Source: Bdellovibrionales bacterium (lineage in GTDB: Bacteria; Bdellovibrionota; Bdellovibrionia; Bdellovibrionales; UBA1609). From it: 64,000 nucleotides of DNA. The notes under the pieces were generated by a model that was given only the letters and a program-made list of their open reading frames with translations, made no database searches and was not told the origin of the DNA. The position numbers and the translations under genes are program-made. How positions within the stretch are numbered: position 1 is the first letter of the stretch; the number at the start of each line of letters is the position of its first letter. This document shows, in pieces, positions 54,248-63,822 of this stretch. The stretch lies in assembly GCA_014323935.1 (NCBI GenBank), contig JACOND010000001.1:30348-94347 (forward strand). The letters run 5' to 3'.

Positions 54248-55222
54248 TTGAAAAAAACAGATCTTTTAAAAAAAATTCTCATCAAAAAACAGCAAGATCA
54301 ATTAAGAGCCGATCTTTTTTTAATTCAAAAAAAGATTGTTACTTCCCGCTCTGAATCTTCAAAGCTTTTCCAAAATCAAAAAGTTTTTATAAACCAAAAA
54401 GCAATCAAAGCTTCTTATCGACTCAAAGAAGGAGAAATCTTATCTGTTTATTTAACAACTATAAAATCTCAGTTATTAAAACCTTACTTTTTCCCTTTAG
54501 ATATTATTTTTGAAGATAAAGACCTTTTAATTCTCAATAAACCCGCAGGCTTAGTTGTTCACCCAGGAGCTGGAAACAAAGACAAAACCTTAGTCAATGT
54601 CTTATTAGCCCATAACAAAAAACTTTCCTCAGGTTCTTCTCCTCTTCGTCCAGGAATTGTTCATAGACTAGATAAAGAAACAAGTGGTCTTTTAGTTGTA
54701 GCTAAAAATAAATTTACAGAGGAAGCTCTTATTTCAGCCTTAAAAAATCATGAAATTCAAAGAGACTACTATGCTCTTGTGATAAAAGGTCCTCAAGCTC
54801 TTGAAGGAAAAATAGAGAGCTGGATTAAAAGACATCCTATCCATAGAAAAAAATTTGCTTCTTTTAAAGAGTTTAGCACAGGTTCTAAAAAAGCGATTAC
54901 TTTTTATAAAGTCCTCAAAAAACATGAAAGTGGTTTAGCTTGGCTTCATTGTAAACTTCACACGGGTCGAACCCATCAAATCAGAGTCCATCTCTCTTCC
55001 CTCCATTCTCCTATTCTAGGGGATTCTCTTTATGGAACAAAAAAGCTCTCTGCTATAAAAGATACAGCTCTAAAAGAAGATATTAAAAAATTAAACCGAG
55101 TAGCTCTCCATGCCTTTCAACTTAGCTTGATTCATCCTCATTCAAAAAAGAAACTTTCTTTTAAAATTCCTTGGTCAGAGGATATAAACTTTCTTTTAAA
55201 AAAACTTCATTGGAATTTTTAG
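54248..55222 (+). CDS. rluD: 23S rRNA pseudouridine synthase, RluA/RluD family
   Basis: 324 aa with an S4-like N-terminus. The catalytic block is HRLDKETSGLLVVAK, with HTGRTHQIRVHL further on. The start is TTG. Confidence 0.8.
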   Translation: MKKTDLLKKILIKKQQDQLRADLFLIQKKIVTSRSESSKLFQNQKVFINQKAIKASYRLKEGEILSVYLTTIKSQLLKPYFFPLDIIFEDKDLLILNKPAGLVVHPGAGNKDKTLVNVLLAHNKKLSSGSSPLRPGIVHRLDKETSGLLVVAKNKFTEEALISALKNHEIQRDYYALVIKGPQALEGKIESWIKRHPIHRKKFASFKEFSTGSKKAITFYKVLKKHESGLAWLHCKLHTGRTHQIRVHLSSLHSPILGDSLYGTKKLSAIKDTALKEDIKKLNRVALHAFQLSLIHPHSKKKLSFKIPWSEDINFLLKKLHWNF

Positions 55223-55863
55223 AAATGAGATCTCATATAATTAGCTTTTAATTTATTCCAAGTTAGAGGACAGATATTTTCTCTATAGGCTATTTCAGCT
55301 AAAGCAAGGGAGGAAATCTGAGGTTTTTTAAAATCAACTTTTGAAAAATTCTCTTTTTTAAACGGATAAAAATCTTCTAAATCTGAAAGACATACGACAG
55401 GTTCCCTAAAACTCTTCATCTTTTTTTCCCAACTTTCAAATGTTAAAAGAGTTAAAAGCTCTTGATTCAAAAATTCTCCGTAATAAACTTGATTTTTAAA
55501 AGCTTGTAAAGCAACACAGACATTTTTTGAATCAGAAAAGCTTTTAGCTATAAGCCGTAAACTATTTATAGGGTACACAGGAATAGTTAAACTATAAGCT
55601 AGAGCTTTAGCAACACAAAGACCTGTTCGAACTCCTGTAAAACGTCCAGGACCCACCCCAACAATTAAAGAACTTAAAGACTTTAAACAAAGCTTTACCT
55701 CTTCTAAAGCTTGTGACATTTTTAAAGGCAATAAATCACTATGAGAAGATGTAGGAGCTTTAGCTATCCATTTTTTTTCAACTAAACATTTTAAATCTTT
55801 TTTTCTAAGTACAGCTAAACTTGCTGTTGGTAAAGAACAATCAAAAACTAAAAGATAAGACAT
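55219..55863 (-). CDS. tsaB: tRNA t6A37 biosynthesis protein TsaB
   Basis: 214 aa from the ATG at 55863, which overlaps the rseP stop as TAATG. The YeaZ block is VGVGPGRFTGVRTGLCVAKALAYSL. Confidence 0.8.
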   Translation of the reverse strand: MSYLLVFDCSLPTASLAVLRKKDLKCLVEKKWIAKAPTSSHSDLLPLKMSQALEEVKLCLKSLSSLIVGVGPGRFTGVRTGLCVAKALAYSLTIPVYPINSLRLIAKSFSDSKNVCVALQAFKNQVYYGEFLNQELLTLLTFESWEKKMKSFREPVVCLSDLEDFYPFKKENFSKVDFKKPQISSLALAEIAYRENICPLTWNKLKANYMRSHF

Positions 55864-57488
55864 TACCAAGCACTAAACCAATTATAAATGTCATTAAAAA
55901 GAACAAACACCATAAAACTTAAAAGAAAAATAAGTCCTAGCTGTTGAGCTAAAATAAGTTTCTTTAAATTAAGAGGACGCCCTAAAACAGCCTCTATCGT
56001 AAAAAATAAAATATGTCCTCCATCTAAAACAGGGATAGGTAATAAATTTAAAAAACCAAGATTAAGGGAAATAAGAGCCATCATAAATAAAAAAGAATAA
56101 AAACCTTCAGAAAAAGAACTATGAGCTATACGACCAATAGTTATAGGACCTGCCATCGTTCTCACTGAAAGATCTCCTGTAATTAAACGAACAAGACCGA
56201 CTGAAGTGACAGTTAACCATTTCCAAGTTTCTGTCCCCGAATAGATAAGAGCTTGAAATATAGAATATTTTCTTAAGATTTTTTCAGGATAGACATTATA
56301 CCATGCAGAAGCAATTCCCAACATATATTTACTTTTAAGATTTCCCTCTACAAAGATTTTTTTTGGGGCTATGGAAATTGTTTTAATTTGTTTTCCTCTC
56401 TGATACTCTAAAATCAAATTTTCCCCTTGAGAATTTTCAACAAAACTTAAAACTTGAGTCCATGTTTTAAGCCCTTCCCCTTGAATAGAAATCAAACGAT
56501 CTCCTCTTTTTAAACCTGCCTTCCTCGCTGGAGTCTTAGGACCCACTTTTTCAATATACAATAAAGAAGATTCTAAACCTAAATCCAAAAGAGAAAGCTC
56601 TTCATCTAACTCAATAAAAAGAGTTTGCACTTTAGAATTTCTTTCAATTTTTAACTCATAATTTTTAGCCGGAGACAATAATTTTAACTCTCTCCAATAT
56701 TTTAAAGGAACCCCTCCCACTTCTAAAATAACATCAAAAGTTCTAAATCCTTTTTGAAATGCTAAGGAATTAGAACTCACTCCTAAACGTAATCCCTGGG
56801 ATAAAATTGTAAACCCTTCAATAAAACCAATATCTTGTTCTAAAAAAATAGGATCTGAAAGAGTTTGTTTTTGAACTTTAGCTGTAATATTTTTGATCAA
56901 GCCTTTTTCATTTTTTACTTCAAAAGCAAGAGTTTCTCCTACCTTTTCCTGAAGGATTTTATTCAACTCTTCATAATCAAAAATTTTCTCCTGATTGACA
57001 GATAAAATAAGATCTCCTGAACGAAATCCTTTTTGAAATGCTAAAGAATTTTCAGAAATATCTCCTAATTTAGCAGGAAGATTCGGTCTACCTAAAAGAG
57101 AAAGGGAAAAAAAAGCAAGTAAAGTAAAAAGAAAATTAAAAAGAGGTCCTGCAAAAGCAATCAACCATTTTTGATATACTTTCTTATATAAAAAACCTTG
57201 GTGTCTTTCTCTTTCAGGAACTTCCTCAAGTGGGTTGTCTCCAAACATTTTTACATACCCTCCTAAGGGTACAAGAGAGAGACAATAAAGAGTGTCTCCT
57301 TTTTTATATTTTAAAATTTTAGGACCAAAACCTAAACTAAAAATTTCTACCTTAACTTTAAAAAATCGAGCAACTAAAAAATGTCCTAACTCATGAATAA
57401 AAATCAAAATGCCAAGCAAAATGATAAAAGGTCCTAAGATAAAAAAAGCTTTTTGGAAAAAACTCAAAAAATTAAAAAAATGTTCCAA
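55863..57488 (-). CDS. rseP: RIP metalloprotease RseP (site-2 protease) with three PDZ-like segments
   Basis: 541 aa with HELGHFLVARFF (HExxH) and C-terminal NLLPIPVLDGGH. The PDZ-like cores are FRSGDLILSVN, FRTFDVILEVG and LKRGDRLISIQ. The start is TTG. Confidence 0.9.
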   Translation of the reverse strand: MEHFFNFLSFFQKAFFILGPFIILLGILIFIHELGHFLVARFFKVKVEIFSLGFGPKILKYKKGDTLYCLSLVPLGGYVKMFGDNPLEEVPERERHQGFLYKKVYQKWLIAFAGPLFNFLFTLLAFFSLSLLGRPNLPAKLGDISENSLAFQKGFRSGDLILSVNQEKIFDYEELNKILQEKVGETLAFEVKNEKGLIKNITAKVQKQTLSDPIFLEQDIGFIEGFTILSQGLRLGVSSNSLAFQKGFRTFDVILEVGGVPLKYWRELKLLSPAKNYELKIERNSKVQTLFIELDEELSLLDLGLESSLLYIEKVGPKTPARKAGLKRGDRLISIQGEGLKTWTQVLSFVENSQGENLILEYQRGKQIKTISIAPKKIFVEGNLKSKYMLGIASAWYNVYPEKILRKYSIFQALIYSGTETWKWLTVTSVGLVRLITGDLSVRTMAGPITIGRIAHSSFSEGFYSFLFMMALISLNLGFLNLLPIPVLDGGHILFFTIEAVLGRPLNLKKLILAQQLGLIFLLSFMVFVLFNDIYNWFSAW

Positions 57489-57585
57489 TTAAATTTCCTT
57501 ACCTATTGGTTTTATCTTGACTTCAAATTAAAATAAAAAGATCTTTTTTTCAACTGTTTCAAAATTAACACCAATTCACATATTT

Positions 57586-58284
57586 TTAAATCAGACCAAA
57601 GCGTCTTTCTCTTTGTTTAAAATTTTGAAGAATTTGCTCTAACTCTTGAGCTGTGAAATCAGGCCATAAAGTCTGGGTAAAAAAAAGTTCTGTATAAGCC
57701 AAAGACCATAAATAAAAATTAGAAATACGGCTTTCTCCCCCTGTACGAATAAGTAAATCAGGATTAGGAAAATTTGCAGAAGGAAAAAAAGAAGCTATCT
57801 CTTTCTCTTTAATATTTTTAGGGAATACAGACTGATTAAAATAATACACATAAGCCTTACGGAAGGCTTGAATAATTTCTTGTCGTCCCCCATAATTTAA
57901 AGCAAGAATGAGATTTAATCCTTTGTGTTTTTCTGTTTGATTTTGGGATTGAATTAATTTTTCTCTCAAATCTTTCGAAAACACAGAAATATCTCCTAGA
58001 GGACAAAACCGAATTTGATTTTGAAATAAAAACGGAATATATTTATCGAAAGCTTTATCTAAAAGTTTTATTAAAAGTTCTATTTCTTCAGCTGGACGGT
58101 TAAAATTCTCTTTGCTTAAAGTAAACAAACTTAAAAAAGGAATTTGTATTTGAGAACAGTGCTTGATAATCCTTAAAGCAGTTTTTAGTCCTCTAATATG
58201 ACCAAAAACCCGGCGATGATGTCTTTTTTTAGCCCAAGTCCCATTCCCATCCATAATAATGGCTAAATGTTTAAAAGAAGACAC
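57586..58284 (-). CDS. uppS: Undecaprenyl-diphosphate synthase
   Basis: 232 aa with HLAIIMDGNGTWAKKR and RTGGESRISNFYLW. The start is GTG. Confidence 0.92.
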   Translation of the reverse strand: MSSFKHLAIIMDGNGTWAKKRHHRRVFGHIRGLKTALRIIKHCSQIQIPFLSLFTLSKENFNRPAEEIELLIKLLDKAFDKYIPFLFQNQIRFCPLGDISVFSKDLREKLIQSQNQTEKHKGLNLILALNYGGRQEIIQAFRKAYVYYFNQSVFPKNIKEKEIASFFPSANFPNPDLLIRTGGESRISNFYLWSLAYTELFFTQTLWPDFTAQELEQILQNFKQRERRFGLI

Positions 58285-58287
58285 AAA

Positions 58288-58839
58288 CTAAAACTCCATA
58301 ATCTCTTTTTCTTTTTCTTGTATGAGTTTTTCTACTTTATCTGTTAAAAGATGAGTTGTTTTTTGAATCTCATCATTTAATTTCTTTTGTTCATCTTCAC
58401 TCATATCTTTAGCTTTAACAGCTTTTTTCACTTCTTCCATAGTTTCCCTTCGACAAGCTCTAATTTCAATATAACATTTTTCACCCATCTTTTTCACTTT
58501 TTTTACTAACTCTTTCCTTCGCTCTTCTGTTAAGTCTGGTAAAATCAAACGGATGTTTTTTCCATCATTTTGTGGATTCACCCCTAAATTAGCTTTTACA
58601 ACAGCTTGCTCAATATCTTTCAAAGCCTTAATATCCCATGGAATAATTAGAAGAGTTCGAGGAGCTATAACACTAATGTTAGAAACTTGATTCAAAGGAG
58701 TTGATTTCCCATAATAAATAAGTGTAACAGAATCTAAAAGAGCAGGATTAGCTCTACCTGTACGGATACTTCGAATTCCATTTCTAAAACCCGAGATATT
58801 ATTTTCCATTTTTTCTTTCATAGAATCAACATAAGACAT
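58288..58839 (-). CDS. frr: Ribosome recycling factor
   Basis: 183 aa. The typical Frr blocks are IRTGRANPALLD and LPDLTEERRKELVK. Confidence 0.92.
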   Translation of the reverse strand: MSYVDSMKEKMENNISGFRNGIRSIRTGRANPALLDSVTLIYYGKSTPLNQVSNISVIAPRTLLIIPWDIKALKDIEQAVVKANLGVNPQNDGKNIRLILPDLTEERRKELVKKVKKMGEKCYIEIRACRRETMEEVKKAVKAKDMSEDEQKKLNDEIQKTTHLLTDKVEKLIQEKEKEIMEF

Positions 58840-58854
58840 GTAAAACTCCTTTTT

Positions 58855-59589
58855 CTAATGAACAAAAGTTCCTATTTTTTCTCCACAAACCACTTTTACA
58901 AGGTTTCCTTTTTTCTTCAAGTTAAATATAATGAAGGGAAGCTTATGATCTCGGCATAAACTAACAGCTGCTCCATCCATAACTTTCAAATCTTTCTTCA
59001 AAATATCTGTATAACTAATAGTCTTAAACTTTTTACTTCTTTTATCAAAAACAGGATCTTTATCAAAAACACCTTCTACCTTTGTAGCCTTTAACAAAAC
59101 ATCTGCAGAAATTTCCATTGCCCTTAAAGCAGATGAGGTATCTGTTGAAAAATAAGGATTCCCTGTCCCTCCTGAAAAAATCAACATTCGATTTTTCTCT
59201 AAATGACGAAGACTTTTTCTATAGATATAAGGTTCAGCCATATCTGATATTTCAATAGCTGAGAGAACTCTCACAGCAACCTGATTTTGCTCTAATATAT
59301 TTTGAAGAGCTAAAGCATTAATACAAGTAGCTAACATTCCAATATGATCTGAGCTAACACGATTCATTCCTTTTTTAACAGCTTCTACTCCTCTAAATAT
59401 ATTTCCTCCCCCAATTACAATAGCGACTTGAACTCCTAAATCATGAACTTGTTTTAACTCTTCAGCAATTTGTCTTAACATATTAGTATGAAGACCAAAA
59501 TTTTGATCTCCAGCTAGTATTTCTCCACTTATTTTTATAAGAATTCTTTTATAAGAAGGTTTTAAAATTTTAGTTTTTTTTTTCTTCAT
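58855..59589 (-). CDS. pyrH: UMP kinase
   Basis: It has YKRILIKISGE and GGGNIFRG blocks. I use the ATG at 59589; the ORF track uses a GTG at 59598. Either start overlaps the 3' end of tsf by at least 20 nt. Confidence 0.92.
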   Translation of the reverse strand: MKKKKTKILKPSYKRILIKISGEILAGDQNFGLHTNMLRQIAEELKQVHDLGVQVAIVIGGGNIFRGVEAVKKGMNRVSSDHIGMLATCINALALQNILEQNQVAVRVLSAIEISDMAEPYIYRKSLRHLEKNRMLIFSGGTGNPYFSTDTSSALRAMEISADVLLKATKVEGVFDKDPVFDKRSKKFKTISYTDILKKDLKVMDGAAVSLCRDHKLPFIIFNLKKKGNLVKVVCGEKIGTFVH

Positions 59590-60193
59590 TCGTTTCACCT
59601 AGAGCAAATCGTGAAAAACGACGAATTACAATATTCTCCCCTAAACGGGCAATCAAATCAATTAGAGCTTCTTCTACTTTCTGTTTTTTTTCTTCTGAAT
59701 CCCTAACAAACTCCTGATGAAATAAACAAACCTGCTCTAACCATTTTTTATAAAGACCTGTGGCAATTTTTTCGGCAATTTCTTTCTTTTGTGTTTTAAC
59801 TAAAGCTTGTGACTTACAAATTTCTTTTTCCTTCTCAACAACTTTTACAGGAATCTCTGATTCTTTAATATAAATAGGATTCATCGCTACAATATGTAAA
59901 TTAAGTTGCTTAACAAATTGTTTAAAGTATTTGTTTCTTGCAACAAAATCTGTCTCTGAATTCACCTCCAACAAAACGCCTATTCGACCTCCTCCATGAA
60001 CATAAGAAGAAATCAAACCTTCCCCTGCTTGACGAGACGATTTTTTAGCAACAGTTGAAAGTCCCTTTTTCTTTAACCATTCCTTAGCCTTATCCATATC
60101 ATTATTCGACGCAAAAAGAGCTTCCTTACAAAGCATAAAACCAGCTCCTGTTTCCTGTCTTAATTTTTTAACTTCTTGAGCTGATACTGACAT
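59570..60193 (-). CDS. tsf: Elongation factor Ts (short form)
   Basis: 207 aa with a UBA-like N-terminus VKKLRQETGAGFMLCKEAL and the TDFVARN block. Confidence 0.9.
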   Translation of the reverse strand: MSVSAQEVKKLRQETGAGFMLCKEALFASNNDMDKAKEWLKKKGLSTVAKKSSRQAGEGLISSYVHGGGRIGVLLEVNSETDFVARNKYFKQFVKQLNLHIVAMNPIYIKESEIPVKVVEKEKEICKSQALVKTQKKEIAEKIATGLYKKWLEQVCLFHQEFVRDSEEKKQKVEEALIDLIARLGENIVIRRFSRFALGETNEEKKN

Positions 60194-60195
60194 TT

Positions 60196-61065
60196 TTATT
60201 TCTCTTTAGGTTCGTCTTCTTCTTTTTTTAATTCTAATTCGATCTCCATGTCCTCTGCAGTTCCCGCTGCAACCAAACGACGTCCTCTGCTCACATTTAA
60301 AACCTGAGGACCTTCATCGGAACTTTGTTTTTTATCTGTCTTTTTTTGTTCTAAATGTTGTTCCTTGTGCATATCACTTTGCCAAGTTTTCCAACCCTTT
60401 AAACAAGCCTCACTTGCTAAATTCGAAAAAAACTGAATCGATCTAAAAGAATCATCATTTGAAGGAATCGGATATTCTAAAAGATAGGGATCACAGTTAG
60501 TATCAACAAGAGCTACAACAGGAATACCTAACTTTTTAGCTTCCCCTAATGCAATTTTTTCTTTTTGAATATCTACTATAAATAAAGCTGCAGGGAGATC
60601 CTTCATATCTTTAATCCCTTTTAAATTTTCTTCCATTTTTTTATATTCTTTCTCAATCCGGCTTTTTTCTTTTTTAGAATAATGATCCATTTCAAAACGT
60701 TCTTTAATCTTTTGAATTTTTTTCATCCGATCAATACTAATTTTGAGGGTTTCAAAATTGGTTAAAGTTCCCCCCAACCATCTTTTTGTTACGTAAAATT
60801 GATTTGATTTCTCTGCAGCTTCTTGAACAGAAGAACTGGCTTGATCTTTTGTTCCAACAAAAACAACCTGTCCTCCTTTAGAACAAGTTTCTTCTAAAAA
60901 AGCCATAGCTCTTTTAGCGTACACTAAGGTTTTATTCAAATCAATAATATGAATACCATCTTGTTGTTTATAAACAAAATTCTTCATCTTTGGATTCCAC
61001 TTTTTTAATTCATGACCAAAATGAACACCAGCTAAAATTAAATTCTGAATATTTAAGTTTTGCAT
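60196..61065 (-). CDS. rpsB: 30S ribosomal protein S2 (with acidic C-terminal extension)
   Basis: 289 aa with AGVHFGH and RWLGGTLTNF blocks. It is in the canonical rpsB-tsf-pyrH-frr order. Confidence 0.95.
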   Translation of the reverse strand: MQNLNIQNLILAGVHFGHELKKWNPKMKNFVYKQQDGIHIIDLNKTLVYAKRAMAFLEETCSKGGQVVFVGTKDQASSSVQEAAEKSNQFYVTKRWLGGTLTNFETLKISIDRMKKIQKIKERFEMDHYSKKEKSRIEKEYKKMEENLKGIKDMKDLPAALFIVDIQKEKIALGEAKKLGIPVVALVDTNCDPYLLEYPIPSNDDSFRSIQFFSNLASEACLKGWKTWQSDMHKEQHLEQKKTDKKQSSDEGPQVLNVSRGRRLVAAGTAEDMEIELELKKEEDEPKEK

Positions 61066-61408
61066 AAAAGCCTCTCAAATTTTTAAATTGTCTATCATAA
61101 GATTCATCTAAAAATCAAGAGATCTTAATAAATTATCTTAAAAAAATGTTTTTTTAGTTATTATTTCTATAAAAATCTGTTATTTTTTATTTCTAAAGCC
61201 ATTTTTCTCTCCAAGGAATTTGGAATCTAAAGTTAATTAAGTCTATAAAACTAAGAACAAATTTACAAAATTGTATCGAATTATTTTCAATTTTGAGCTT
61301 TTTAGAAAATTCGTAGAAAGTAGAATATTTTTAAAAATAATTGTACAGGACTTGACAGCTTTTAGTAGTAAGAAATAATACGATTCAAAGTATATATTAT
61401 TGTGATAA

Positions 61409-62830
61409 TTATTTTTTAGGAATTATAAGTCTTCGTCCAGCTATCAGAACAGATTTAAAATTTAAAGAATTTACCTCCATCAAATTAAGGAGAGGAATTT
61501 TATACTGCTCTGCAATTCCTATCAAAGTTTCCCCTTTACGAACTAAATGATAAGAAGACTCAGATTTTTTTCTCACTTTGAGTCTTTGATTTGGATAAAT
61601 AATAGGGCTTCCTTGAATATTATTTAACTTTTTTAAGTTCTCTAAGCTTATTCTATACTGAGTAGCAATTTTCGATAAATTTTCTCCCCTTTGAACAATA
61701 TGAATATCCCTGTTTTTTTGCGATACTTGACGAATCGTTTTGGTTTTTGGCTGTTCTTTTTTAGCAACTAAATGACGGGTAGGAATTTTTAACTTTTGAC
61801 CTATTCGAATTAAAGAACGATGACCTAATTTGTTTTTTCGTCTCAGCTGTTTAACTGTCGTTTTATTTTTCAAAGCTATTTTATAAAGACTATCCCCCTT
61901 TTTTACCCTATACCAATAATGGTAATGGTAACTTTTTTCAGGTTTTACCATGGAACTTTCATTCAAAGCTAAAGTAACTTTTGAGACATAATCTTCAGGA
62001 ACACGAATTTCTGTAGGTTTTTCATAAACAGGAACATAATCTCCTTTATAACTTGGATTTAAACTTTTTAAGATTTTTTTATCTAACCCCGAATTTTTAG
62101 ATAGTTTTTCAAGAGATATCCCTGTTTTTAACTCTACAACTTTATAACTAAGAAGAGGTTGATAATTAAGATTAAAAAAACCATATTTTTGAGGATCTTT
62201 TGAGATGCGAATAGCTGCAATAAGTTTTGGAATATAATTTCTTGTCTCTCTTGGTAAAGCTTTTCTAGCACTTAAATACCAAAAATCTCTATTATAATGT
62301 TTTAAAACCGCTCGATTTACGCGGTACTCTCCTGCATTATAGGCAACTAATGCTAAATGCCATGAACCAAAAAGAGAGTAAAGATCTTTAAAATACTCAG
62401 TCGCAGCTTTCGTAGCTAAAATAAAATCTCTTCTTTCGTCTACAAAACCATCAATTCTTAAACCGTATCTTTTTCCTGTCCCATAAATAAACTGCCAATA
62501 ACCGACTGCATTTGCATGACTTAAAGCTGTTGGACTAAAACCAGATTCAATAAGAGAAACATAAACTAAATTTGCCGGCAAACCACTTTCCTTTAAAATA
62601 GCTTTCATAATGGGAAGATAACGAGAGGATCTTTGAAGATAGATTTTCATATGTTCTCGCCCCCGACCTGTAAAATAATTGATCCATTTATCTACATCAG
62701 GGTGTTCGTCTAAAGGAATATCTCCATAAGAACTTTCAAAATTCTTTTCAAGAACATGGTTTTCACGAATAAAGTGTTTACAAGAACTTAATATAAAAAA
62801 GAGCAAAAGACATTTTAAAATTTTTTTCAT
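61409..62830 (-). CDS. mltD: Membrane-bound lytic murein transglycosylase D-like lipoprotein with three LysM repeats
   Basis: It has lipobox ILSSC and SLT block VSLIESGFSPTALSHANAVGYWQF...AYNAGE. Three C-terminal LysM-like repeats follow (YRVKKGDSLYKIA, HIVQRGENLSKIA, HLVRKGETLIGIA). Confidence 0.85.
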   Translation of the reverse strand: MKKILKCLLLFFILSSCKHFIRENHVLEKNFESSYGDIPLDEHPDVDKWINYFTGRGREHMKIYLQRSSRYLPIMKAILKESGLPANLVYVSLIESGFSPTALSHANAVGYWQFIYGTGKRYGLRIDGFVDERRDFILATKAATEYFKDLYSLFGSWHLALVAYNAGEYRVNRAVLKHYNRDFWYLSARKALPRETRNYIPKLIAAIRISKDPQKYGFFNLNYQPLLSYKVVELKTGISLEKLSKNSGLDKKILKSLNPSYKGDYVPVYEKPTEIRVPEDYVSKVTLALNESSMVKPEKSYHYHYWYRVKKGDSLYKIALKNKTTVKQLRRKNKLGHRSLIRIGQKLKIPTRHLVAKKEQPKTKTIRQVSQKNRDIHIVQRGENLSKIATQYRISLENLKKLNNIQGSPIIYPNQRLKVRKKSESSYHLVRKGETLIGIAEQYKIPLLNLMEVNSLNFKSVLIAGRRLIIPKK

Positions 62831-62907
62831 TTTTATGAGAATAACAAAAAATTAGACTCTTTTCAAACAAATTTAACCTAAAAGATAGAAATTTTGCCAC
62901 AACAGCT

Positions 62908-63822
62908 TCAATAAGTGGATTGAGTTTGTTGCTGTATTAATAAGCTTAGGACCTCCATCATTTTATTCTTGTTATTATCATAGCTCCTCGAGTAAAAGTT
63001 TAAATTGATAGAATAATTAAAACCTTTTATATCTATTATTTTCAAACGTCCTAATCTCAACTGTTTATGAATGCTATGTGCTGGTAAAAAACCACAGCCT
63101 AGACCTGATTCAATAGCCCTTTTGACTGTTCCTACATTATCTGACTCAAAACTTATCCTAAAAGGAATTTTTAAGGTTCTTAATGTTGTTTGAAATACGT
63201 TTTGAAATCGAGGAAAATGATTTTCAACTTGAATCAAACGAAATCGAGATATTTCTTTTATAGAAATAACTTTAGGAACAATATGATTTCTCCCTGAACC
63301 TACAAAATACAGAGGATCTTTAATTAAAAATTGTTTTTTAAACATAGAAATATCCCGTCCATATTCTTCTTTAAGATCTGGCATAATAACAAAATCTACT
63401 TCTTTTTTTTGCATTCTTTTAATAACCTCCTCCCCTGTTCCATACGACAAAGATAAACTCATATCTTGATTAAGTTTTAAAAAATTTGAAATAACCGGTG
63501 AAACTAAAGACATTCCTATAGAATTGAGCGTAGAGACTTGAATTCTTTCTCCAGATAAATCTAAGGAAATTGCTTTTATTGAGTGCTTTACATTGTTGAC
63601 ATGAGTTAAAATTTTATTAGACGTTTCATAAAGGAGTTGACCTTGAATAGTAGGTTGCACTTTTCTAGAATCACGAACCAGCAATTTTACTCCAAATCCC
63701 TTTTCTAACTGACGCATTTGTTGGCTTACAGCGGGTTGTGTAATTTTTAATTTAGAAGCTGCTTCTGTCATACTTCCTTCTGAAACAACAGCACAAAAGG
63801 TTTGCAATTGTTGAAAATCCAT
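62908..63822 (-). CDS. LysR-family transcriptional regulator
   Basis: 304 aa with wHTH FQQLQTFCAVVSEGSMTEAASKLKITQPAVSQQMRQLE. A periplasmic-binding-like effector domain follows. Confidence 0.9.
   Translation of the reverse strand: MDFQQLQTFCAVVSEGSMTEAASKLKITQPAVSQQMRQLEKGFGVKLLVRDSRKVQPTIQGQLLYETSNKILTHVNNVKHSIKAISLDLSGERIQVSTLNSIGMSLVSPVISNFLKLNQDMSLSLSYGTGEEVIKRMQKKEVDFVIMPDLKEEYGRDISMFKKQFLIKDPLYFVGSGRNHIVPKVISIKEISRFRLIQVENHFPRFQNVFQTTLRTLKIPFRISFESDNVGTVKRAIESGLGCGFLPAHSIHKQLRLGRLKIIDIKGFNYSINLNFYSRSYDNNKNKMMEVLSLLIQQQTQSTY

Noticed and set aside
9438-54925. Other short ORF-track entries: 9438-9623, 18725-18925, 21776-22003, 31277-31480, 40478-40678, 43649-43846, 45823-46029, 48275-48478, 50535-50747, 51078-51278, 52113-52298, 53334-53567, 54010-54198, 54740-54925
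   Set aside because: Each lies inside, or antisense to, a longer CDS with clear family motifs (rluB, ligA, LolA-like, cysS, lysA, menE, menA, csrA leader, dnaX, MglA-like, and so on). I treat them as shadow ORFs of an AT-rich genome.
61352-61380. Near-consensus plus-strand promoter (TTGACA-16-AATAAT) pointing into the 3' end of the minus-strand mltD gene
   Set aside because: It would drive only antisense transcription. TTGACA and A/T-rich -10-like hexamers are expected by chance several times in 64 kb of this composition.
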